From a virus (taxonomy: Duplodnaviria; Caudoviricetes), in IMG/VR virus record IMGVR_UViG_3300021400_001692, positions 1 to 64,000 of that record: 64,000 nucleotides of DNA; one strand, given 5' to 3'. A program made the translations under genes and the position numbers. Shown here one piece after another: positions 25,437 through 32,509 of this stretch (within the stretch, counting starts at the first letter, position 1; the number at the start of each line of letters is the position of its first letter). The notes beneath the pieces are model-generated. The model was not told the origin of the DNA, made no database searches, and saw only the letters and a list, made by a program, of their open reading frames with translations.

Positions 25437-26108
25437 ATGGATGAAAAAGCGGTTCAGGTAGAAGCGTGGGCTAAAAAGAAGGGCGCTCCCAAGGGATTTT
25501 CCAAGGCGCAGCTGCTCTATCTCAGGCATTGCCGCAAGGAGCCCGTGAAAAACGCAGATGCCGAAGCCGCTTTTGACGTGCATGAGAGCCTTTGGCAGCG
25601 CCGCATTGTCGAGGCGCTCATGCTCAGCGGATGCCCAGACGATGTTTTTACAGAAGCACTGGGTTTGCCGCAGGAGGCCATGGATATTTACCGGGAATTG
25701 TTCTTTGACCCTTCCAGGTTCAGGAACAAGCTGGCCATGATAGCCTATCTTGAGGAGCTTCCAGACCCGGAGGAGCGCACGCTCAAGATAATGGCGGTCA
25801 ATCTCGGCTACGAATTTGTGCTGTTCAAGTACATGAGCATCGTTCCGAAGTCCGAGGCACAGGATCAGATTGTGCAGAGGCTGTTCCTCTCGACGGCGTA
25901 CAAGGCCATGGCCATGAACTACGTGTCCATGAACTCAGCCACGATGAAGGTTGCCATTGAGCACGCGAAGCTCATGCTCAAGGCATACGAGGCGCTCAAG
26001 GATTTGAGCAGCGACAAGATGGAAACGGCGAACAATTTGTTTGAGGTGCTCGTAAAAGTGGACAGCGAGGCCAAGATAACGGAACAGATAGATGGAGAGA
26101 TAGGCTGA
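25437..26108 (+). CDS. Hypothetical helical protein, possible HTH
   Basis: 223 aa; IVEALMLSG..DDVFTEALGLPQEAMDIY resembles a helix-turn-helix. Confidence 0.55.
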   Translation: MDEKAVQVEAWAKKKGAPKGFSKAQLLYLRHCRKEPVKNADAEAAFDVHESLWQRRIVEALMLSGCPDDVFTEALGLPQEAMDIYRELFFDPSRFRNKLAMIAYLEELPDPEERTLKIMAVNLGYEFVLFKYMSIVPKSEAQDQIVQRLFLSTAYKAMAMNYVSMNSATMKVAIEHAKLMLKAYEALKDLSSDKMETANNLFEVLVKVDSEAKITEQIDGEIG

Positions 26109-27148
26109 TGGAATTTACAAGCGTGCCTTTTCAGGAATTGGCAGACAAGATAGCCCGCGCATTCATTGAGGATGGCGTTGACCTTGAGGACGGCGTCGTG
26201 CGCGAAGCGAAGGCGCGCGACCTTACGCCGGAAGAAATCAAGCGCCTTGTGGAGAAGAGCAATACGGCAGCTTCCGTGCTGTACCTGCGCAGCTCCGGTG
26301 ATAAGAAAGGCACGTTTACGCTTGCCAGCGTAAGCGGTGTGCTTGGAAAGACGCATCCTGACGAAGAAGATGAGGAAGAGGAGGGGGAAGAGAAAACCGC
26401 CTCTGAGTTCCCGGTGACGCGGTTTGGCGGGCTTGAGAAGCAGGCTGTAGTTGCTCCGATGCTGTTTGGCTCAGCGATTCTTGGCCAGCTGGCTGCCAGC
26501 CCGCTGCTGTACACTGCGCCGCTTTATGTTGCTATGGCTAGGAACAATCATAAGTTCCAGAGGGCCATGGCTATCCAAAATCACAGGGCGCAGCAGGCAT
26601 TTCGCCGTAAAGCATTGCTTACCGGCGCAGCTGTTGGCGCTCCGGTGGCCGCTGGCGGCGTCGCTGTTGCCGCAAACAACATGGATGCGGTGTCTCAGCG
26701 ACATGCGCAGCAGGCTGAAGAGGCAAAAGCCCGTGTTGATCGTGCTCTCGGCAAGACTGCGGCGCAGTATAACTCTGCAAAAAAGCATATTGCCGAGAAA
26801 AAAGTCGAAAAAACGGCTTGCGAGCAGGAAATGGGAGGCCAGTTGTCCGCTTTGCGGCGCATGTTCCTGTATAAACTGGCCGATTTCGACCAGTTTGCAG
26901 CTGAATCGCAGGCTCTTTTCCCGAAAACCGCCGCTTCCGTAGTCAAAGGCATCGCCACCGCGCTTAAAATTGAGCCGAAACAGGTAAAAATTGCATCTTT
27001 TATCGACGATTCGGCTCCGGAACTGGTGATTATGCGTTCCCTTGACAAAAATATGCGCAAGCACGCCGAAATTTCTTCGGAAATTGAGCAGCTTGAAGCA
27101 TTTCGTGATGATTTTATCCGCCAGTGGAAGGAAAAGGTGCTGAAATGA
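26108..27148 (+). CDS. Putative head protein with multiple K-x-A sites
   Basis: 346 aa; DKIA, EKTAS, EKQA, GKTA, EKTA, YKLA, PKTA, VKIA; hydrophobic segments between sites. Confidence 0.7.
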   Translation: MEFTSVPFQELADKIARAFIEDGVDLEDGVVREAKARDLTPEEIKRLVEKSNTAASVLYLRSSGDKKGTFTLASVSGVLGKTHPDEEDEEEEGEEKTASEFPVTRFGGLEKQAVVAPMLFGSAILGQLAASPLLYTAPLYVAMARNNHKFQRAMAIQNHRAQQAFRRKALLTGAAVGAPVAAGGVAVAANNMDAVSQRHAQQAEEAKARVDRALGKTAAQYNSAKKHIAEKKVEKTACEQEMGGQLSALRRMFLYKLADFDQFAAESQALFPKTAASVVKGIATALKIEPKQVKIASFIDDSAPELVIMRSLDKNMRKHAEISSEIEQLEAFRDDFIRQWKEKVLK

Positions 27149-27663
27149 TCACTTTGAGGGGCAAAGCGGCATTGCTGAAGCAAGGCAGCGCATTATCCGG
27201 GCAGCTAATGTCTGCTGCAGCGACAGCTGGCGGCATGGGGATGCTGTACAAGATGCTCCGTGGCGCAAACTTGCGTGGCGCCGTCTATGCAGAGGCGGCC
27301 CGCAGGGCTAAACTTCGCAAGGCAATGCTTCTCGGAGCCCCCGTAGCGGCAGGCGGAGCGGCCCTTACTGCACAGCAGCTCGGAGAAATGCAGAAACGGC
27401 ATGAAAAAACGGCTGGGGTGCTGTTCAATATGTTCACTGCCCCGGCAAAAGCGGCAATTGGCACCATTGGGCATACCGTGCAGGGCGCAGCAAAGTACCC
27501 TGTGCTCCTTGGAGCTCCTCTGGCGGCTGTTTTGCTCAGCATGGCTGGCAAAAACAACCCGATAGCGCGCGCGACCGCATATTCTGACCCATTGAACAAC
27601 GATTATTACCTTGAGCCGGGCTTCCTGGCTCCAAGCATTAAGAAGGTGCCTGGAAATGGCTGA
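27145..27663 (+). CDS. Glycine-zipper protein with internal EKTAG site
   Basis: ATG 27145 overlapping upstream stop; three hydrophobic segments. Confidence 0.7.
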   Translation: MITLRGKAALLKQGSALSGQLMSAAATAGGMGMLYKMLRGANLRGAVYAEAARRAKLRKAMLLGAPVAAGGAALTAQQLGEMQKRHEKTAGVLFNMFTAPAKAAIGTIGHTVQGAAKYPVLLGAPLAAVLLSMAGKNNPIARATAYSDPLNNDYYLEPGFLAPSIKKVPGNG

Positions 27664-28111
27664 TTATCCTAAGAGTTTAGAGAAGGAAGCTGACGACAAG
27701 CAGCAGTGGCAGCTTGTTCGAGCCGCGGACAACGGCTTTTCCCTTGCAAAGCTGCTCCAGGAGGGAGCGGGAAAGGCATTCATCCCTGGACTGGTGCTCG
27801 GAGCGACCAGCCTCGGCGTTTTGTATGACAAGCTGAAGGGCGACAACCGCAGGAAGGCCATTTTTGAGAGCCTTTGCTGGGATCCGATGTTCAAGGACAT
27901 GGATAAGTCGCAGCTTTTGCAGTGGTACACGACGATTTACCATTATGCTCCGCGCACGTCGCTGGACAAGGTGGCTACGAAGGAGCTTCTGCGCCAGTTC
28001 ATGACGTTTGGGCGCGTTGACCTGCAGACGCTGAAGACGCTTGCTGAAACAGAGAAGGCCATGGCCGAGGCGGAAAACAAATCACCGTCACTGGCGGCAT
28101 TATGGAAATAA
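27656..28111 (+). CDS. Putative head protein with EKEA leader
   Basis: ATG 27656; one hydrophobic segment then helical domain. Confidence 0.7.
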   Translation: MADYPKSLEKEADDKQQWQLVRAADNGFSLAKLLQEGAGKAFIPGLVLGATSLGVLYDKLKGDNRRKAIFESLCWDPMFKDMDKSQLLQWYTTIYHYAPRTSLDKVATKELLRQFMTFGRVDLQTLKTLAETEKAMAEAENKSPSLAALWK

Positions 28112-28245
28112 TCAGCGGAAAAACGATTCTGGAGAAGCTTGGCGCGGCACTTTACCTGCATGTGAAGCAGGCTGAGGATGCGAAAAAGGCCAAGGAAGCG
28201 GTTGAGTACCTGCAAAGCAAAGGCGTGCTTAAATGTACAAAGTGA
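28102..28245 (+). CDS. 47-aa ORF missed by the ORF track (contains VKQA)
   Basis: MEIISGKTILEKLGAALYLHVKQAEDAKKAKEAVEYLQSKGVLKCTK fills the gap and overlaps both neighbours. Confidence 0.55.
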   Translation: MEIISGKTILEKLGAALYLHVKQAEDAKKAKEAVEYLQSKGVLKCTK

Positions 28246-30035
28246 TTGAGCTTGGCGCCACTGTTCCGGGCACCGGCGAAGCCAGGGTAAGCCTGATCAA
28301 GGACGGCATTTTCCAGAAGACCGCCTCCAGCGAGATACAGGACTACTGGGACAAGCTGAGCAAGGAAGACGGCAAGGCCTACTTGTGGGTGATTGGCGTT
28401 TCCGCGCAGGAGTTCTACGGGTGCAACTCGAATGGCGATGCCTTTACCGAGGCAGACCTGAAGAAGAATCACCATTACTTCACGGACGAGGCGCATGTGT
28501 TCATGCACCATGTGAACAAGGACCCTGCGAAGTCGATAGGGAAGCCTGTGTTCACTTGGTACAACGACGACATGCACCGCGTGGAGATGATTCTCGGCAT
28601 CGACCGCAATGCCAACGGCGCAGCCGCCATTGTGCAGCGCCTGGAGCGCGGAGAGCAGCTGTATGTGAGCATGGGTTGCAGGGTAGCGTTCGACCAGTGC
28701 TCCATCTGCGGCAACAAGGCGCCATCCCGCATGAAGTACTGCGAGCATCTTCGCTACCACATGAAGAAGATTCTCAAGGATGGCCGCCAGGTTTGCGCGT
28801 ACAACCCTGACCCGCACTTCTTTGACATTTCCATCGTGAACCGCCCGGCCGATCCGACTGCCTTTGCCCTGGACAAGATAGCTTCGGAGGGAGGCATGGA
28901 ATACGAGGACATTGAGAAAACCTCTGCGGAGCTTGGTGAAGAAGCTGAAGCCTATCAGCAGAAGCTTGCTGCCGTGGATAAGCTGGCGGACATAATCAAG
29001 CGTGTGAAGGGCGAAATTGTGGACCATACGGGTATACGGGACATCCGCGAGCGCGGATTTGAAGATACTGAGTACCCGTCCACGCCACACAAGAAGCTGA
29101 TTGTGATGAAGGTCAGCCCTGGCGGATTGGCTGCGCTGATGCCGTCGCTTGGCGCTCCGCTTTCCTTTGGCGACGCGCTCTACATGGGCGGAAGGCACAT
29201 GTTTGGCGACGGGTTCACAGAGAGCCTGATTCCGAGCATTATGGAGATGATTCCCCGTGCGCTCGGAATACTGCATGAGCATCCGGAACACCTGGATGGC
29301 ATAGTCCGCGAGGTTACCGGCGATTATGGCGGCGAGTTCGATGACCCTGTCCGCCGGGATTCCATTGTGCGTGCCATGCGCCCGCATGCGGAAATACGCA
29401 TCACTGTGTTTTCCAAGATGGCGGAGTCTGTTACGGAAGAGAAGGTGCCTGGGCTTGCCAGGGAGATATTCTCTTCCCAGGGAAGCAACTTCAAGCCTGT
29501 CGTGCTCAAGGATGGCAGTAAGACGTCTCCATACCACATCAGGGAAACGGCCCAGTTTGAAAATCTTGGCGGCTTGAGGAGCAAGGTGCTTGGCGCTGCG
29601 CTTGGCGCGGCAGCTATTGGCGCCGTACTTACGGCTCCCAGCAGCGCAGATGCCATGCTTTACGGCACGGTTATGGGCTTGCCTGCAGCGCATCTCTTGA
29701 TGGGCAACAAGCCTGACAAGGTTGTGAAGACGGAAGATGGGCGCACAGTGTCCGCCGGGCTGATGAAAAATACCTGGCGCTCGCACCCGGACAGGGAGAA
29801 AGTCGCATCGCTGCGCCTGCCCACCATAGCCGGCATGGCTATTCCGGCAGCGCTTGCACTGGATTACTCCTTCAACGACTGGGTGTATGACAACGACCCC
29901 ATGGCCCAGATGCAGAACGACTCCTACTTTGACCGCATCCGCAATCATGTCGGGAAGTTCTCCAAGGAAAATCCGCTGATTGCGGTAACGCTTGGCGGGC
30001 TTGCCGGGGCGGCGCTGCCTTTCGGCAGGCGCTGA
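28233..30035 (+). CDS. Prohead (capsid maturation) protease with Zn-finger insert and long C-terminal extension
   Basis: NGDAF, FMHH (His), VSMG (Ser), CSIC...C..H, DISIVNRPAD, resembling HK97/assemblin-type protease motifs; upstream of scaffold and capsid genes. Confidence 0.8.
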   Translation: MYKVIELGATVPGTGEARVSLIKDGIFQKTASSEIQDYWDKLSKEDGKAYLWVIGVSAQEFYGCNSNGDAFTEADLKKNHHYFTDEAHVFMHHVNKDPAKSIGKPVFTWYNDDMHRVEMILGIDRNANGAAAIVQRLERGEQLYVSMGCRVAFDQCSICGNKAPSRMKYCEHLRYHMKKILKDGRQVCAYNPDPHFFDISIVNRPADPTAFALDKIASEGGMEYEDIEKTSAELGEEAEAYQQKLAAVDKLADIIKRVKGEIVDHTGIRDIRERGFEDTEYPSTPHKKLIVMKVSPGGLAALMPSLGAPLSFGDALYMGGRHMFGDGFTESLIPSIMEMIPRALGILHEHPEHLDGIVREVTGDYGGEFDDPVRRDSIVRAMRPHAEIRITVFSKMAESVTEEKVPGLAREIFSSQGSNFKPVVLKDGSKTSPYHIRETAQFENLGGLRSKVLGAALGAAAIGAVLTAPSSADAMLYGTVMGLPAAHLLMGNKPDKVVKTEDGRTVSAGLMKNTWRSHPDREKVASLRLPTIAGMAIPAALALDYSFNDWVYDNDPMAQMQNDSYFDRIRNHVGKFSKENPLIAVTLGGLAGAALPFGRR

Positions 30036-30039
30036 TAGC

Positions 30040-30077
30040 TAAAAAAGGGCAAGCGGCTTTACGCTGCTTGCCCTGTT
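30040..30077. terminator. Intrinsic terminator (cassette F)
   Basis: AGGGCAAGCGGC/GCTGCTTGCCCT stem preceded by A6. Confidence 0.75.
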
Positions 30078-30081
30078 ACCG

Positions 30082-30435
30082 TTACCCGAACAGGCGGTGG
30101 AGCAACGAAGCCTCACGGAGAACCTTGCACTTGCCGAGCCGCCCTACGCCGTCTTTTCCGACATATGGGTGGAACACAACAAGTTTGCCACGCTTGTCCT
30201 GGACGATAAGCTCCTTGCCGGCAAGCATAACTTTTTCTCCGGTTCTCTTTATGGTTACGCGCTGTCCCTGATAGACCCGTGTGCCATGGTACTGGACCCA
30301 CGGCATAGCCTCATTGCGGATGCGATGAGCCATGCGTTTCATCATGGGAAGGTCGCTTTCGGACTGGGCTATCTTTCCCTGAAGGTATGCGGCGCCGAGA
30401 CAACAGGCGCCAGTGATTACGGCTAACGGCCACAT
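30082..30435 (-). CDS. N-terminally membrane-anchored protein (cassette F cargo), paralog of 20287..20700
   Basis: Start moved to ATG 30435 with RBS GGGAGGG; MWPLAVITGACCLGAAYL anchor. Confidence 0.8.
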   Translation of the reverse strand: MWPLAVITGACCLGAAYLQGKIAQSESDLPMMKRMAHRIRNEAMPWVQYHGTRVYQGQRVTIKRTGEKVMLAGKELIVQDKRGKLVVFHPYVGKDGVGRLGKCKVLREASLLHRLFG

Positions 30436-30526
30436 AGGATTCCCTCCCATTGTTATGGACGCCCCACAATGAGGCTTCCGTAATGGAAGGTATATTAAGC
30501 GCGGAATGATGTCCACGCATTAACGG
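30436..30526 (-). ncRNA. Putative structured 5' leader RNA (copy 2), RBS-sequestering
   Basis: Identical blocks with copy 1; anti-SD CCTTCCATT:AATGGGAGG pairing. Confidence 0.6.
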
Positions 30527-30534
30527 CTTATATC
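30527..30534 (-). promoter_or_regulatory. Putative early promoter -10 (GATATAAG), cassette F
   Basis: One-base variant of the octamer; GCGAAA 18 nt upstream of TATAAG. Confidence 0.65.
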
Positions 30535-30568
30535 AAATATTTTTTCTGAATTTCGCAAACTAGGTGCT

Positions 30569-30587
30569 ACAAACTTTATGTAGCAGA
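30569..30587 (+). promoter_or_regulatory. Degenerate late-promoter motif (ACAAACTTTATGTAGCAGA)
   Basis: Shares TTTA(C/T)GTAGCAGA with the 18948 and 20843 copies; upstream of the scaffold-capsid operon. Confidence 0.4.
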
Positions 30588-30628
30588 TATTCAGCGCCTT
30601 ACGGCGCCATAAACAAGAGGATAACAAC

Positions 30629-31600
30629 GTGTCTGAAAAACCGGCAATCAGCATTTCCGACATCCTGGCTGACTTCAACAGCAGGATGAAGGTCGCCGAG
30701 GACGAAGAGAAGCCCGAAACCGTCGATGGCGGTGATGAGCCCAAGGAAGACGTGGCGGAAGACGCCAAGGACGATTCCGAGGACAAGGAGAAGGGCGAGG
30801 AGCAGCCCGCGGACGATACTGGTGACAAGGAAGACGACGATACGCTCAGCGACAGCCTCAAGGACATAGCCGAAGAGGCTGTGAACGAACATACGGCGGC
30901 CCTCAAGAAGGAAGCGGCCCTGTTCGGCCAGGTGTTTGCTGACAGCGTCATTTCCAGCATGCGCCGCGCAGCTACGCAGGAAAAGCTTGCTGAGCTGTAC
31001 GACGCCACATATATGGAAACCCTCAAGAAGCTTGCGGACGCCATGCCCATGCCCGGCACGATGCCGGCGATGGCTGCCGACCCTGCCGCCCAGGCAGGAC
31101 AGCAGCAGCCTGCGATGATGCCCGGCGCCGCACCGCAGCCTGTGGATCCCAATTACGGGCTGATGTATCCGACGCCTGCCGCCGGCCCGAACCTGCCTGG
31201 GTACTTCCCGCCGCAGGACGGAGCCAACCCCGAGCAGGTGTATCCTGAAAGCCTGCCGCCCGAAGAGCCGGCTCCTGCCCCTGCGCTGCAGCCCGACCCA
31301 GCAGCCATGAAGCAGGTTGCCAAGGCCGTTTCCAGCGCGTCTGACGCCGCTGCCGAAGCCGCCCGCGCTGCCGGACTGCTTTCCCAGGCTTTGACGGAAG
31401 GTTCTGCTGCGCCCGAAGAAGCATATCCGCAGTCCCTGCCGCCTGATGCGACGCCTCCGGCTGACCCGGCCATGGCTCAGCCTGACCCGGCCATGGCTCA
31501 GCCTGACCCGGCCATGGCACAGCCTGACCAGGCCATGGCACAGCCTGACCCGGCCATGATGCAGCAGCAGGGCGGATACCCGCAGGCACTGCCATACTAA
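30629..31600 (+). CDS. Capsid scaffolding protein
   Basis: GTG start; very acidic N-half with K-x-A sites, Pro/Gln-rich C-half; between protease and capsid genes. Confidence 0.7.
   Translation: MSEKPAISISDILADFNSRMKVAEDEEKPETVDGGDEPKEDVAEDAKDDSEDKEKGEEQPADDTGDKEDDDTLSDSLKDIAEEAVNEHTAALKKEAALFGQVFADSVISSMRRAATQEKLAELYDATYMETLKKLADAMPMPGTMPAMAADPAAQAGQQQPAMMPGAAPQPVDPNYGLMYPTPAAGPNLPGYFPPQDGANPEQVYPESLPPEEPAPAPALQPDPAAMKQVAKAVSSASDAAAEAARAAGLLSQALTEGSAAPEEAYPQSLPPDATPPADPAMAQPDPAMAQPDPAMAQPDQAMAQPDPAMMQQQGGYPQALPY
31463..31562 (+). repeat. 21-nt tandem repeat x about 5 (DPAMAQP)
   Basis: GACCCGGCCATGGCTCAGCCT units at 31463, 31484, 31505, 31526, 31547. Confidence 0.9.
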
Positions 31601-31609
31601 GGAGCGGAC

Positions 31610-31753
31610 ATGGACATTTCGGCCATGCTTACGAAAACTGCCGAGAGCCTCCGCAAGGAAGCAGAGCGCATCCGCAAGGAGCCTGTTGAGAAGCAGGCTT
31701 CCTACCGGATAGACGTGAAGGAATTGAGGAGGCTTATCCGCAATGGACGCTGA
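31610..31753 (+). CDS. 47-aa K-x-A micro-protein (not in ORF track)
   Basis: RBS AAGGAG; MDISAMLTKTAESLRKEAERIRKEPVEKQASYRIDVKELRRLIRNGR. Confidence 0.7.
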   Translation: MDISAMLTKTAESLRKEAERIRKEPVEKQASYRIDVKELRRLIRNGR

Positions 31754-31889
31754 GAAGATCAAGGAGATAGCCGGAACGCTGCGCAAGGTTGCAGAAAGCC
31801 TGCGCGCGGAAGGCGTCGAAAAGAAGGCTGAAAAGCTCGACTCAGGACATGTGCTGAACTTCCTCCGCTTTTTTGGAGCGAAACGATGA
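31743..31889 (+). CDS. 48-aa K-x-A micro-protein (not in ORF track)
   Basis: RBS GAGGAGG; MDAEKIKEIAGTLRKVAESLRAEGVEKKAEKLDSGHVLNFLRFFGAKR; coupled to both neighbours. Confidence 0.7.
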   Translation: MDAEKIKEIAGTLRKVAESLRAEGVEKKAEKLDSGHVLNFLRFFGAKR

Positions 31890-32086
31890 GCAGTAATTCC
31901 AATGAAACGACGGCCCAGCTCATAGAGAAGCTCGCTTCTCAGATCGAGGCTTTCGCAAATACTTTGTCAGAAGCAAAGCAAGAAACAACCCCAACTAAAA
32001 CGGCGTCAGCCGTGGAAAGCTACGGATCCCTTGATACCCGCGTGGTGTCTGGCAACGATGCGTTCACGGCCTGGCTGCTCAGCTAA
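31886..32086 (+). CDS. 66-aa K-x-A micro-protein
   Basis: EKLAS and TKTAS sites; ATGA overlap with upstream gene. Confidence 0.7.
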   Translation: MSSNSNETTAQLIEKLASQIEAFANTLSEAKQETTPTKTASAVESYGSLDTRVVSGNDAFTAWLLS

Positions 32087-32097
32087 GAGGTAAAAAC

Positions 32098-32496
32098 ATG
32101 TACCAGATCTCTAAAGGGTGGCCCAGCGACGCCGCCATCGACGAGGTTTTTAAGGCGGCTTCCGGGCAGGAGCTGCATGAAGGAATGATTGTCAAGCTCG
32201 ATGCCAACCATGAAGGCTCCGTTGCTAACTCCGTTCCTACGGATGGAACGCTTGTGTTCGTTATTGGCCACGAGTTTCTGAATAAGACCTTCACCGGACT
32301 CATGCACCCCTGCGTCATTACCTGTGACAAAGACTGCTTTGATGACACAGCCACCTGGACTGGCGGAGCCCTTGTGACCGTTGGCACTGGCGGCAAGTTT
32401 AAGCCCGCTGGCGACAATGATACCGCCATCGGCCGTGTCCTTGCGTATGACGCCGCTACCGGCATCCTCCGCATCCACTGGTTTGAATCCAAGTAA
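32098..32496 (+). CDS. Capsid decoration/stabilising protein
   Basis: 132 aa beta-rich, immediately upstream of the capsid gene, strong RBS TAAGAGGT. Confidence 0.65.
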   Translation: MYQISKGWPSDAAIDEVFKAASGQELHEGMIVKLDANHEGSVANSVPTDGTLVFVIGHEFLNKTFTGLMHPCVITCDKDCFDDTATWTGGALVTVGTGGKFKPAGDNDTAIGRVLAYDAATGILRIHWFESK

Positions 32497-32509
32497 GAGG
32501 TAAGAAGAC

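Noticed and set aside
25468-25500. GGCTAAAAAGAAGGGC resembling the cassette border motif
   Set aside because: It lies inside a coding region (AKKKG) with no strong hairpin; probably coincidental
23408-26108. 675-aa protein as portal and 223-aa protein as small terminase
   Set aside because: Size and position are suggestive, but I recognise no portal or terminase motifs; needs HHpred or structure prediction
20701-30516. ORF-track starts MDIIPRLIY on two minus-strand ORFs, suggesting a shared N-terminal peptide
   Set aside because: The GTG lies within the conserved leader hairpin just after the promoter, with no RBS; strong RBSs precede ATG 20700 and ATG 30435
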